NCBI GenBank assembly: GCA_963783575.1
Contig: CAWAOD010000009.1
Span: forward strand, 512,001 to 576,000
DNA: 64,000 bases
Direction: 5' to 3'
From: an uncultured Spirochaetota bacterium
Lineage (GTDB): Bacteria > Spirochaetota > Brevinematia > Brevinematales > JAOACQ01
The notes beneath the pieces were generated by a model, which saw only the letters and a program-made list of their open reading frames with translations, made no database searches and was not told where the DNA came from. Below are positions 29,569 to 39,711 of this stretch, one piece after another. Position numbers and translations under genes: made by a program. The first letter of the stretch is position 1, and each line of letters starts with the position of its first letter.

Positions 29569-30153
29569 TTAATATTTTTTAATCAGTTTTGTCAATGCTT
29601 CCCAGAAGCTCTTAAAATCATCCTTCAGGTTGGTGCCGTAATTGGAAAGCCTCCAGTGCGTTACCATAAACCGGAAAGTACCGGCAATCATATAAAAAAG
29701 AATGTCTTTTCCTATATCATTGCGTACCTCCCCTGAATTAATGCATCCGTCTATGATTTCGGTAATTACCCTTTGATTCATTGACATAATTTCATAGACT
29801 TTATTTGAAAGCCTAGAATCATTGGGAAAAAGCTCCTCGGAAAAAATTACTACCATCAATGCCGGATTATCGACGAAATCATCACATCTTGTTTTAAGAA
29901 TGCGGTAAATTTTATCAAGACCGCATATATTCTCTTTTGAAACCAAATTTAAAAGTCCTGATGCCCTGTTTTCAAAATATTCCAGTACCGACAATAGAAT
30001 ATCCGATTTACTTTTAAAATGCCGGTATATTGCCGCTTCTGAAATACCGACACTTTTTGCTATACTTTTTGTAGTCAAACTTTCAATGCCGGATTTTGCA
30101 ATTATTCTCATCGATGCTTCAACTATTTCATCCTGCCTTTTAGTGAGCCCCAT
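29569..30153 (-). CDS. TetR/AcrR family regulator
   Basis: LTTKSIAKSVGISEAAIYRHFKSK helix-turn-helix. Confidence 0.93.
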   Translation of the reverse strand: MGLTKRQDEIVEASMRIIAKSGIESLTTKSIAKSVGISEAAIYRHFKSKSDILLSVLEYFENRASGLLNLVSKENICGLDKIYRILKTRCDDFVDNPALMVVIFSEELFPNDSRLSNKVYEIMSMNQRVITEIIDGCINSGEVRNDIGKDILFYMIAGTFRFMVTHWRLSNYGTNLKDDFKSFWEALTKLIKKY

Positions 30154-30164
30154 AATGACTCCTA

Positions 30165-31297
30165 GTGCTTAAATGCGTAAGTTAACGATAGTATTTCTTA
30201 ATTGAGAACCTTTCACTTCCCGTTTTCTCCACACAAAAGGTTTTGCGGTTTCAGTGTATGCTTTAACAAATGCATCTATTGCTTCTCTCAATTCTTCCGT
30301 GTTTTTAAAACTGGCGCCTCTAAGAGCTTTTCGGCTCATAATACCAAACCATATTTCCACCTGATTTAACCAACTTGCCGAAGTAGGCGTGTAATGAAAA
30401 AAAACATTCTTATTCCGGGATAACCATTCATCGTTCTTTTTGTGAATACAATAATTGTCTAAAATTACATGAATTTCTTTATCTTTTGAAACATCTACCA
30501 CCACTCTATCCATAAACTCAAGAAATTCAATACGTCTTTTGTATTCAGTAGTTTGGGTGTGTATTAACCCTGTAGCTACTTCCAGCGCAGCAAATAGGTT
30601 CAGCGTTCCATTTCTTTTATATGTACTTTTGTATCCTCTTACAATTTTTCCATTATCCGTCTCTACATAGCCGGTTGTCCTTTCCAACGCTTGAATACCA
30701 GGTTTTTCGTCTACAGATATAACCAATGCATTCATCGGCGGATTTAAATACAACCCAATAATATTTGTGGCTTTTGTCGAAAATTCAGGATCAGTGCTGA
30801 CACACCAACTTCGCTGTCGGGATAAGCAAATTCCTTCTTTTCTTAAAACCCTCCATACCGCATGCGTTGATGTGTTTAAATGTTTTGCTAAAGCCGGACC
30901 ATCCCAAATTGCCTGCCCGATAGGCGGTGTTTTTTCCAGAGTTTCTAAAACTTTGTCCCTGAAATTCTGCCCATATATTTTTGGCTTTCCTGACCTGGGC
31001 AGATCATACAATCCATCAATTCCTTTTTGCTGAAATCTTTTTTTCCAATCAATAACCGTATTTGGTCTTATGTGAAGGTCAGCCGCAATCTCAGATACAT
31101 TTTGTCCTTTCAGGCTATTGACAATTATTTTCGCCCTCTCTACAAGTCGCGCTTCCATAGTTCGGCTTCTCACCCAACTATCAAGAATAATTTCATCCGC
31201 TTTGGTGCATGTTATAACTTGCGTTTTCTTAGACATACAACCTCCTTTTTTATGTCTAAGATTATAATTAATAACGCTTATTATTGCAATTAAGCAC
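30165..31297 (-). mobile_element. IS630-family element, copy 2 (1133 bp)
   Basis: Same ends as copy 1 with one substitution in the left TIR; CTAG target and TA duplication. Confidence 0.95.
30169..31236 (-). CDS. IS630 family transposase
   Basis: Identical to the 20012..21079 protein except the last residue (N to I). Confidence 0.95.
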   Translation of the reverse strand: MSKKTQVITCTKADEIILDSWVRSRTMEARLVERAKIIVNSLKGQNVSEIAADLHIRPNTVIDWKKRFQQKGIDGLYDLPRSGKPKIYGQNFRDKVLETLEKTPPIGQAIWDGPALAKHLNTSTHAVWRVLRKEGICLSRQRSWCVSTDPEFSTKATNIIGLYLNPPMNALVISVDEKPGIQALERTTGYVETDNGKIVRGYKSTYKRNGTLNLFAALEVATGLIHTQTTEYKRRIEFLEFMDRVVVDVSKDKEIHVILDNYCIHKKNDEWLSRNKNVFFHYTPTSASWLNQVEIWFGIMSRKALRGASFKNTEELREAIDAFVKAYTETAKPFVWRKREVKGSQLRNTIVNLRI

Positions 31298-31302
31298 TAG
31301 CA

Positions 31303-31355
31303 ATGTTAGTAAATGTTCACTTACATAATATACTAAACAAATAGTGATTCGTCAA
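31303..31355 (-). promoter_or_regulatory. tetR promoter and operator, displaced by IS630
   Basis: Minus strand TTGACG-17-TATATT; imperfect palindrome ATGTTAGTAAATGTTCACTTACAT (31303-31326). Confidence 0.6.
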
Positions 31356-31577
31356 GTTTTCCCTTTTATAAAGTTTAACCGGAATATTTCTATAATTTAT
31401 AATTACTTGTAATAATTATAATATTTGACATAATTACTTATATTTATCATAAATTGCATCTTTTTTTATCAAAATAATATTATAAAAATAGGAAATGATG
31501 GGACAAAGCACTTAAAATCAATTTGATTTTTTAAGATAAATGCATTATATTTTAAAGAAATTATTGGAGGTATTTTT

Positions 31578-33071
31578 ATGAAAATCAGGATTAAATGGGC
31601 TCTATTTCTGGCGGTTTTCCTCTTTACTACCGGAGGTGTGATATTCATTTCCTATAATGGAATATTTTCAAAAAGTCTGAATTTTGAAACTAATAATACA
31701 CAAGTCGCGAATATCGATGGTATGGACATTGCGGTTAAGCTTCAGAATGTTTACAGGAATATCGCAAAATCGGTAATGCCGGCTGTGGTAAGTATTAATG
31801 TTGAAAGTGTTCAGGTTGTACAGAATCCTTACAGCCAGTTTTTTAACGATCCTTTTTTCAGACAGTTTTTCGGAGACCAGGGCGGCGGAGGAAATAATAT
31901 GCCGAAGGAATTCAAGCAGAAACTACAGGCTCTTGGATCCGGTTTTATAATAACAAAAGACGGGTACCTGTTCAGCAACGCTCACGTCGTGAAAGATGCA
32001 ACAAAAATTGTCGTTATTCTGGCTGACAACCGTCAGTTCACTGCGAAACTCATCGGCTTAGATCCGGAGACGGATATTGCCCTCTTAAAGATCAACGCCA
32101 ATAATCTGCCTGTTGTTTACCTCGGTGATTCCGGAGAAGTTCAGGTAGGCGATTCTGTTATGGCAATAGGCAATCCGTTTGGATTAAGCGGTACTTTTAC
32201 AGCGGGAGTTGTCAGCGCTGTCGGAAGACAGGGTATGACTTCCGGGTTCCAGAAATTCATCCAGACTGATGCTGCTGTTAACCCGGGTAATTCAGGGGGA
32301 CCGCTTGTTAATCTTAAAGGCCAGGTTGTAGCCATTAATGCAGCGATCAAAACGCAATCCGGCGGTTACGAGGGAATAAGTTTTGCCATACCTATCAATA
32401 TTGCTAAAAATATAGCAGAGCAGCTCTTATCAACGGGTAAGATTCAGCGCGGTTATCTGGGAATAAATATTATGCCTGTTGATTCTCCGACGCGTAAGAT
32501 GCTAGGACTTCAAGAAAACGAGGGAGTAATGGTTTCCAAAGTGGAAAAGGGAAGTTCAGCAGAAAAAGCAGGTATTAAAAAAGGTGATATTGTTACAAAA
32601 GTGAACGGTGAATTAGTCAATAATCCCGATGATTTGCAGTCCGATATCGGCGGAATTAAGCCTGGAACCGTTGTAAATCTGGAGATATTCAGGGATAAAA
32701 AGAAAATGGAATTGAATGCCAAATTAAGTGAAAGACCTTCGGAAACGACAAACATTAATCCGAAACAGCAGGGAGAAGAAAATCCAAGTACTGAATCTTA
32801 TGAATACCTGGGCGCCACATTCGGGCCGGCTGCCCAATCGATTTTGGATGATAACGGCGCGGATCATGGCGTAATCGTCAAGGATATAAAAGATGACAGT
32901 ATATTATCGGGAGTTCTTGACAGTGGAGTCATCGTATCATCGATCAACGGAACCGAGATCAAGAATCTTGAGGATTTAAAAGCGTTCGCCGGTAATAATA
33001 AAAACACTAAATCATTTACATTTCTTATTGTATACAATGGATTTATGTACTACAAAAGTGTTGAGAAATAA
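31578..33071 (+). CDS. htrA: Do/HtrA family serine endoprotease with two PDZ domains
   Basis: LGSGF, SNAHVV, DIALLKI, QTDAAVNPGNSGGPL, RGYLGI. Confidence 0.95.
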   Translation: MKIRIKWALFLAVFLFTTGGVIFISYNGIFSKSLNFETNNTQVANIDGMDIAVKLQNVYRNIAKSVMPAVVSINVESVQVVQNPYSQFFNDPFFRQFFGDQGGGGNNMPKEFKQKLQALGSGFIITKDGYLFSNAHVVKDATKIVVILADNRQFTAKLIGLDPETDIALLKINANNLPVVYLGDSGEVQVGDSVMAIGNPFGLSGTFTAGVVSAVGRQGMTSGFQKFIQTDAAVNPGNSGGPLVNLKGQVVAINAAIKTQSGGYEGISFAIPINIAKNIAEQLLSTGKIQRGYLGINIMPVDSPTRKMLGLQENEGVMVSKVEKGSSAEKAGIKKGDIVTKVNGELVNNPDDLQSDIGGIKPGTVVNLEIFRDKKKMELNAKLSERPSETTNINPKQQGEENPSTESYEYLGATFGPAAQSILDDNGADHGVIVKDIKDDSILSGVLDSGVIVSSINGTEIKNLEDLKAFAGNNKNTKSFTFLIVYNGFMYYKSVEK

Positions 33072-33092
33072 TAGTTTTAAATAAGGGTAATA

Positions 33093-33124
33093 AAAGGCCG
33101 CCTTAATATGGCGGCCTTTATTTT
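33093..33124 (+). terminator. Rho-independent terminator
   Basis: AAAGGCCGCC-TTAATAT-GGCGGCCTTT followed by ATTTT. Confidence 0.85.
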
Positions 33125-33170
33125 ACATCCGGTTTTTAATAATTATTTTTGAAAGGAGATAGCAATTAAT

Positions 33171-33932
33171 ATGGATCATTTTCTTTTAGTCATATTTTTT
33201 TATTTTTTAAGCTGTTCGTTTTTAGGATGGATTGTTGAATCCGGTTTTAGGTCGATGATTGAAAAACGGATAGTAAATTCAGGTTTTCTATCGGGTCCAA
33301 TTATTCCTATATATGGGTTCGGGGCTGTTTTAATATATATCTTATCATTAATGATTTCCACATTGCTGCCTTTCTGGATTCTTATTATCATCAGTATGAT
33401 TATTCCGGCAATTCTGGAATATATTACATCTTTTTTGATGGAAAAAATCCTTTCCATCAAATTATGGGACTATTCCGGTGAAAAATTGAATATTAAAGGA
33501 AGAATTTGCCTCAAATTCAGTTTAATCTGGGCTGTTTTGACTTTAATTACGGTATTTTTTATACAACCGCTTTTTATCGGCTGGTTTAATGCCTGGAAGG
33601 ATTCTACAATTTATTTTATGGGGGGAATGGGTGTTATGTATCTGGCTACCGATATTTACTATTCAGGAAAACTTTATTTCAATTATGTGGAAGTCCTTAA
33701 AAAGATCAGGGAAAAGGTAGTGATACCCCAGTTTAAACTTATAATCGGCAATATGTCAGGCAGGGATATCCCATCCGAATTAAAGCGTTTTTTAAAGCCG
33801 CTGAAAACATTTTCATTCCTGCGGAAAGAAATTAATGCCAATATGCAGGTTTTCCCCGCACAGTTTATAAATTTGTTAAAAAGAACAATTGACCCTTATT
33901 TTACAAAGGAGGGTAGATCTGATAAAAAATAA
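33171..33932 (+). CDS. Putative ABC transporter permease (CmpB-like family)
   Basis: GWIVES, NSGFLSGPIIPIYGFG, LEYITS, LWDYS, GRICL. Confidence 0.82.
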   Translation: MDHFLLVIFFYFLSCSFLGWIVESGFRSMIEKRIVNSGFLSGPIIPIYGFGAVLIYILSLMISTLLPFWILIIISMIIPAILEYITSFLMEKILSIKLWDYSGEKLNIKGRICLKFSLIWAVLTLITVFFIQPLFIGWFNAWKDSTIYFMGGMGVMYLATDIYYSGKLYFNYVEVLKKIREKVVIPQFKLIIGNMSGRDIPSELKRFLKPLKTFSFLRKEINANMQVFPAQFINLLKRTIDPYFTKEGRSDKK

Positions 33933-34396
33933 TTCCTGTCCCGACTTTTGGAAAATAGCAAATCCTGTAATAACCCATCCGGAATTTCTAAAACAAAAGA
34001 GCATAATTCATCACAATGAAAGCCTTTACGTACATTCTATCGATGTCGCGATTAAAGCCTATTCACTTTCCGGGTTTTTTCATATAAAACCAATACCCAG
34101 CGTTCGGGGAGCCCTGCTTCATGATTTTTTCCATTATGACTGGAGAAAAAAGAAATTTCCCTTTCCTAGGTTCCATGCCTTTCGAGCATGGCAGGATAGC
34201 TATGGAAAATGCTGAACTGCATTTCGGACCTCTTTCGAAAGCTGAAAAAGACGCGATCAGGCATCATATGTGGCCACTTTCCATTGTACCTCCGCACACC
34301 GGCGCGGCATGGATGGTGACAATCGCGGATAAGATAATAACAGCGAGGGATATTATTAGATGGCTGCAGCGGGTTATTAAAAAAAAGATAAAATAA
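33919..34396 (+). CDS. HD-domain phosphohydrolase, frameshifted near 34180 (start approximate)
   Basis: HHNESLYVHS, GALLHDFFHYDW, then FEHGRIA...IRHHMWPL...VTIADK. Confidence 0.78.
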
Positions 34397-34539
34397 GCTT
34401 GCCGGATCATACCGATTGGGAATAATTCATGATCTTCGAGGGCCGTATTGATAATCCTGTCTCGAAGTATTAAAACAATCACTATTACCGTTATGCATGA
34501 AGAAATATCAAAGCCGCCCTGTACGAAATAAGTTCAATA

Positions 34540-35355
34540 TCATACGGCAAGCGATCGTATGAAAGTATCTACGCCGGGGATTCCTCCTTCATCCATTGCT
34601 TTAATCGATTGCGTGCCGATAATCGCAATCTCGACTTTACCCTTAAGAAAATCGATATCACTTTTTCCCTTAACGCCGAAACCAAGGGCCAACGGTAAAT
34701 TTGTAGATTTGCGGCATCTTTCAAGATATTTATCGAGCCCGATTGAGAAACTCGTTTGCATGCCTGTAATACCTCTCCGGGCGACGCAATAGATAAAGCC
34801 ATCGGCTAAATTTGATATATTTTTCATCCTTTCATCCGGAGTAGTAGGGGAATAAAGAAATACCGGAGAAAGGCCATGTTTTTTCATTGCACCGATATAT
34901 TCCCCGCCTTCCTCAAAAGGCAGATCAGGTACTATGGCCCCTTTTAAGCCGTAACCGTCAATAATCCCGGCGAATCTTTCCACGCCGAATTTGTACAGGA
35001 TATTGTAGTAGCTCATAAAAAGGAAAGGAATATTAAATTCGGAAGCGGCTTTTTCCGCGAAATCAAGGCAGTTCTGAACTGTAATTCCCTTTGAAAGGGA
35101 TAATTGATTAGCGTTAAGGATTACCGGCCCGTCCGCAACCGGTTCTGAAAAAGGTATCTGAAGCTCCATTAGGTCGACACCGGCTTCGACCATTATTCTT
35201 ACAATTTCGTAAGATTCCTCAAGCGTCGGATAGCCGATCACAATATGAGTCATTATAAGTATATCTTTCTTTTTAAGAGCAGATCTGATATATTCTTCAA
35301 GAGATGTTTTTCTCAACAATGCTTTATTATCCATTGATAATGCTTTATTATCCAT
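34540..35355 (-). CDS. trpA: Tryptophan synthase alpha chain
   Basis: GVDLMELQIPFSEPVADGPVI, MSYYN, IVPDLP, GFIYC, GITG, LGFGV. Confidence 0.95.
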   Translation of the reverse strand: MDNKALSMDNKALLRKTSLEEYIRSALKKKDILIMTHIVIGYPTLEESYEIVRIMVEAGVDLMELQIPFSEPVADGPVILNANQLSLSKGITVQNCLDFAEKAASEFNIPFLFMSYYNILYKFGVERFAGIIDGYGLKGAIVPDLPFEEGGEYIGAMKKHGLSPVFLYSPTTPDERMKNISNLADGFIYCVARRGITGMQTSFSIGLDKYLERCRKSTNLPLALGFGVKGKSDIDFLKGKVEIAIIGTQSIKAMDEGGIPGVDTFIRSLAV

Positions 35356-36586
35356 TGTATTCCTCCGCTTTTTTCTTAATGAATTCCTTCCATTCCGGAT
35401 CGCCGAAAGCATCGGCGACAGTGAAGATATCCTTGTCTCCCCGGCCGGATTGATTAATAATAACAATATCGTCTTTACTCATTCCAGGAATTTCTCTGAA
35501 AGCCCCTGCAAAAGCATGTGAGGATTCAAGCGCGGGTATTAGCCCCTCCTTCCTGATTGTTAAGGACATTGCGTCGATAACTTCCCTGTCGGTAGCGGAT
35601 TCAAAACGTACTGAAGCTATTGTACGCCGGTTATCTTTTAGATCGGCCAGAATTGGCGACACTCCGACATAATCCAGACCGGCTGCAACACTGTGAGTTT
35701 CCTTCATCTGTCCATCGTTATCCTGAAGGAACAATGTCTTATATCCCTGCGCCACTCCGGGACTTGCGTCGTTTGAGGTAAGCCTTACGGCATGCTTTTT
35801 TGTATTGAGTCCGTAGCCTGCCGCCTCAACGCCTATTAATTCAACCGGGTCATTGAAGAATCCGCTGAAAATTCCCATGGCGTTTGATCCTCCCCCGACG
35901 CAAGCATAAATCCTGTCCGGCAGTTTCCCCTCGATTTCCAGAATCTGTTTTCTGGCTTCTTTACCGATTATTGATTGGAAATAAGTTACCATTTCGGGGA
36001 AGGGATGGGGGCCGCAGGCCGTACCCAAAACATAGTGAGTGCTGTCCATATTTGTCACCCAATCGCGCATCGCCGCATTGATGGCGTCCTTTAAAATCCT
36101 TGTGCCGTTTTTTACAGCAACAACGGTTGCCCCAAGACGTTCCATCCAGAATACATTCGGCCGCTGGCGCATTACATCGACCTCTCCCATATATACAGTG
36201 CATTCGAACCCGAATTTTGCCGCCATTGTTGCGGTGGCTACACCATGCTGGCCGGCTCCGGTTTCTGCAATAACCCTTTTTTTGCCCATACGTTTGACAA
36301 GAAGCCCCTGTCCCATAACATTGTTGGCTTTATGCGCACCTGTATGGTTTAAATCTTCACGTTTGACATATATCCTGGCACCTCCGAAATAATCCGTAAG
36401 ATTTTCTGCAAAAGTCAAAGGCGTCGGGCGGCAGGAATAATTCGACATAATTCTTACATATTCCTCCCAGAAAGAAGGATCGTTTTTTGCCCGAGTGAAT
36501 TCGGCAATCAAATCCTCAATGGTCGAAACCAGTATCTCAGGAACAAAAATCCCGCCGAAATTTCCATAATACCCTCTATTTGTCAT
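35348..36586 (-). CDS. trpB: Tryptophan synthase beta chain
   Basis: KREDLNHTGAHK, AETGAGQHG, CVGGGSNA, GLDYVGV, ALESSHA, SGRGDKD. Confidence 0.97.
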   Translation of the reverse strand: MTNRGYYGNFGGIFVPEILVSTIEDLIAEFTRAKNDPSFWEEYVRIMSNYSCRPTPLTFAENLTDYFGGARIYVKREDLNHTGAHKANNVMGQGLLVKRMGKKRVIAETGAGQHGVATATMAAKFGFECTVYMGEVDVMRQRPNVFWMERLGATVVAVKNGTRILKDAINAAMRDWVTNMDSTHYVLGTACGPHPFPEMVTYFQSIIGKEARKQILEIEGKLPDRIYACVGGGSNAMGIFSGFFNDPVELIGVEAAGYGLNTKKHAVRLTSNDASPGVAQGYKTLFLQDNDGQMKETHSVAAGLDYVGVSPILADLKDNRRTIASVRFESATDREVIDAMSLTIRKEGLIPALESSHAFAGAFREIPGMSKDDIVIINQSGRGDKDIFTVADAFGDPEWKEFIKKKAEEYNG

Positions 36587-36616
36587 TTTAGACTCCTGGA
36601 ATTATTTATCATATAA

Positions 36617-37348
36617 TTAACTGATACAAAGAGTTTGAGAAAACACGAATTGATCTGTCCTACAGATTATTTCTGAATAAATTACATTCGATGCCTGCTT
36701 GAAATGAATGAATCTCTTCACCATTAATACCGGAGTTTCTTTTGATAACATCATAAGTTCCTTTATTCTTAATTCCGGGTAATAAATCTCAAAAGTCTGT
36801 TTTCCTCCAACCGGCTTCATATAATAATAATCCCTGACAATTTCGGAAAGGTGTTTTGTTTTAAGATCGTATTTGTCGATTCCTGGCAAAACGGCTTCAT
36901 CCAGATATATATCTTCAAAAAGGAAAGGATTTTCTCCAATTTTATGTATACGTGACAAAAAATATGCTTTTCTTCCAAGGAACGGATTATCTTTAGACTG
37001 CTTTTTTAACGGAAGTGTTATTAACTTAATATCTGTTAAATATTCAGTTTTTATTGATATTCCCTTGTTAAAAAATGCCGCGCTGGTTCCAGCCAGGGAG
37101 AAAAGGTCTACCTCAATGCGGACTGCATTTACAAAACTTCCTGATCCTTTCTTTTTTTCAATAATGTTTTTTCTTACAAGGCTTTCTATTGCCTGCCTGA
37201 CTGTTGGCCGGCCGATACCGTATTTTTTTGATAATTCATTTTCAGATGGGATTTTCGATCCGGGCAAAAACTCCTTAGATTCGATCTTTCCTTGGATTAT
37301 CAAAGCCAATTGATGATAAAGAGGTACCGGTGAATCCGGATTAAGCAT
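36617..37348 (-). CDS. GntR family regulator (HutC/UTRA type)
   Basis: PLYHQL, IPSENEL, RPTVRQAI, GSGSFV; UTRA-like C-terminus. Confidence 0.92.
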   Translation of the reverse strand: MLNPDSPVPLYHQLALIIQGKIESKEFLPGSKIPSENELSKKYGIGRPTVRQAIESLVRKNIIEKKKGSGSFVNAVRIEVDLFSLAGTSAAFFNKGISIKTEYLTDIKLITLPLKKQSKDNPFLGRKAYFLSRIHKIGENPFLFEDIYLDEAVLPGIDKYDLKTKHLSEIVRDYYYMKPVGGKQTFEIYYPELRIKELMMLSKETPVLMVKRFIHFKQASNVIYSEIICRTDQFVFSQTLCIS

Positions 37349-37374
37349 AAATCCTCCGCGATTATTATATAGTT

Positions 37375-37408
37375 ATTATATATTAATTATGTAAAGATGT
37401 CAAGACAT
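37375..37408 (-). promoter_or_regulatory. Consensus promoter of gntR-trpBA with an overlapping palindromic operator
   Basis: Minus strand TTGACA (37403-37398)-17-TATAAT (37380-37375); near-palindrome ATGTCAAGACAT (37397-37408). Confidence 0.75.
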
Positions 37409-37712
37409 GTTATCATGTAATAATTAAATATTTTGAAGTATGATAGTTAATTACAATGATAATATAATTATTTTTATTGCAAAATATCTTTCTTTATCCT
37501 AAAATTAATTTGTTATCCAATACGATATATCGATATTGATATTGTTTGGATAAAACTCACTTAATATGAGGTAACAATAATATCCGAGGTTTTCGATTAC
37601 TCTGCTATTTCATCCCTAGTAAATTGTCTTCTCACAGGATGTAAATTATTTTATAATAAATAGTTGTAAAACAAAGTACTAGAAAATTTCATTATTTATA
37701 ATATTTTCATTC

Positions 37713-37728
37713 TGGCATAAAAATTGCT
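37713..37728 (+). promoter_or_regulatory. Sigma54 (-24/-12) promoter upstream of the exbB-exbD-tonB operon
   Basis: TGGCAT-AAAAA-TTGCT, with correct GG-N10-GC spacing. Confidence 0.7.
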
Positions 37729-37838
37729 AATTATTTTATTAATTAAGAATCGTCAATGCGGGTATTTTTTGGGATTAATTCCGCAAAACTGAGATGAATT
37801 AAAGGATCACGCGGAACACTTGTTAAACTGGAGAAATT

Positions 37839-38621
37839 ATGAATCTTAAATCAATCCTCTTAATTGCAACTTTATTTTGCTTTTCTAACTTACTCTATTG
37901 TAATGATATTAAAATTGACAGTAATAATCAGATCAATCAGGGAAGCTTGATACTTCTGACATCGGTTGAGAAAACTGTTTCTAAAACCTTTATAGGATCT
38001 TTTATTGAATATACTATTCAGGGCGGGATATTGTTATACGCCGTTTATGCTTTGATTATCGCCGGAATTTTTATTATTATTAATATAATGAAAGCTCAAT
38101 ACAGGATAAAAATAACAGATGAAAAATTAATTCGGCTGATCGGTAATACCAGTCTACCGGATATTCTGGAATATATAGAAAATAACAGTTCCAGTTTTGG
38201 TATTATATTACAAAATATTTACAGTTTATTGAAAGAGGGGTATTCGAATCTGGAAATGAAAATATTTGTGAAAATGGAAACCGAATTGTTAAGTCTGGGA
38301 TTAAAGAAAGAATTCACAAGCATAAAATCCATAATCTTTTTTATCATACTTACCGGCTTTCTTGGAACAGTAGTGAATTTTATGTTTATATTGCATAAAT
38401 TTGGATTTATCGATCAAATCACAATTAAATTAATATCAAATGGGTTAATGGATGCATTTATACCTTTACAGTTAGGCCTGATTTCAGGTTTGATTTTTGG
38501 AATTTGTTATTATTTTCTGCTGAGGAATGCGGAAAATATTTACCGGTTCACATTATCGGCTGGAAATGAATTCATAGAAAAGATATCGAAAGGTAAACAG
38601 GTTGAGAATACAAATAATTAA
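37839..38621 (+). CDS. Divergent MotA/TolQ/ExbB family protein with an N-terminal signal-like extension
   Basis: QGG..LY TM1, LTGFLGTVVNF, LMDAFIPLQLGL. Confidence 0.7.
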   Translation: MNLKSILLIATLFCFSNLLYCNDIKIDSNNQINQGSLILLTSVEKTVSKTFIGSFIEYTIQGGILLYAVYALIIAGIFIIINIMKAQYRIKITDEKLIRLIGNTSLPDILEYIENNSSSFGIILQNIYSLLKEGYSNLEMKIFVKMETELLSLGLKKEFTSIKSIIFFIILTGFLGTVVNFMFILHKFGFIDQITIKLISNGLMDAFIPLQLGLISGLIFGICYYFLLRNAENIYRFTLSAGNEFIEKISKGKQVENTNN

Positions 38622-38657
38622 CCATGCTTACGTTTTAATAAAAATGGAGGAAAAGAG

Positions 38658-39287
38658 ATGTTTGAAGGTAAAAGTATTCTGGAAGTACTGCAGATGGGCG
38701 GACTTACAATGTATGTTATGCTGTTCTGTTCGGTGCTTTCACTGGCTGTTATTCTGGAAAGAGTCGTTTATTTAAACAGGGGAACAAGAATAAAAAGAAT
38801 ACATTTTATGGATAAGTTAAGAACTGTTCTCGAAAATAAGAAAGTGGAGGAAGCGGCAGAAATTTGTAATAAGGTTAAAAATCCTTACTCAAGGGTTGTC
38901 CGTTCCGGATTAAATATGTTTGGAAAGGGAGAGGTCAAAATAAACAACGCCATGGAACGCCAGATCAGCATTGAGGTTAATGAAATGGAAAAATTTACAA
39001 ATATTCTCGGAACCATAGGCGGTACGGTTGTTTATATCGGGTTGTTTGGCACGGTTATTGGAATCATAAAGGCTTTCCAGGATATAGCCACAAGCGCAAA
39101 CGCCGGAGGCGGTATGAATACGGTTATTACAGGGATTGCAGAAGCCCTGGTTTCTACCGCGACGGGTATAAGCGTTGCCGTTCCTGCGGTTATAGCATAT
39201 AATATGCTTATGAAGAGAATAAGCAATATCACCAATGATATGGAACTATGCGCATCGGAAGTCAAAGATCTGCTGAGGGATGAATAA
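38658..39287 (+). CDS. exbB: ExbB/TolQ proton channel
   Basis: YIGLFGTVIGII, GIAEALVSTATGISVAVPA. Confidence 0.9.
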   Translation: MFEGKSILEVLQMGGLTMYVMLFCSVLSLAVILERVVYLNRGTRIKRIHFMDKLRTVLENKKVEEAAEICNKVKNPYSRVVRSGLNMFGKGEVKINNAMERQISIEVNEMEKFTNILGTIGGTVVYIGLFGTVIGIIKAFQDIATSANAGGGMNTVITGIAEALVSTATGISVAVPAVIAYNMLMKRISNITNDMELCASEVKDLLRDE

Positions 39288-39708
39288 GATGAAAACGAGA
39301 TCGGATAAAAAGAGACTAATGGTAGACATCAATATCACTCCTTTTACCGATGTGGTATTGGTTCTGCTCATTATTTTTATGGTTGCAACTCCTGTGATCT
39401 ACCAGAAGAATTTAAAGATAAACCTGCCTCAGGCAAAAGCCGCGAAATCCGACGAAAAACCTCAGAAGGTAATTGTGTCTATAAATGATCTGGGTGAAGT
39501 ATATATTGATAATGTAAAATATAATATAAGTAATGATATTGAAAAAATAAGATCCAAAATTATAGCTGCCGCGGGTACCAGCCAGGATTCCACGGTTATG
39601 GTGAACGGCGATAAAAACTGCAAATATGATTACATTATCCAGGTTATTGACCTGGTTAAAGATTTAGGAATTAAAAGAATAATGCTGGGAGCTGAGGTAA
39701 AGAAATAG
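39280..39708 (+). CDS. exbD: ExbD/TolR
   Basis: INITPFTDVVLVLLIIFMV, NLPQA, GDK. Confidence 0.92.
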   Translation: MNKMKTRSDKKRLMVDINITPFTDVVLVLLIIFMVATPVIYQKNLKINLPQAKAAKSDEKPQKVIVSINDLGEVYIDNVKYNISNDIEKIRSKIIAAAGTSQDSTVMVNGDKNCKYDYIIQVIDLVKDLGIKRIMLGAEVKK

Positions 39709-39711
39709 ATT

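Noticed and set aside
20008..31297. Composite transposon bounded by the two IS630 copies
   Set aside because: Each copy has its own intact CTAG target context (lipoprotein gene; tetR leader), indicating independent insertions
37750..37830. Possible c-di-GMP-I riboswitch (CGCAAAAC...TAAAGG) in the exbB leader
   Set aside because: The GGCAAAC and GAAA tetraloop elements are missing; resemblance is too weak without a cmscan
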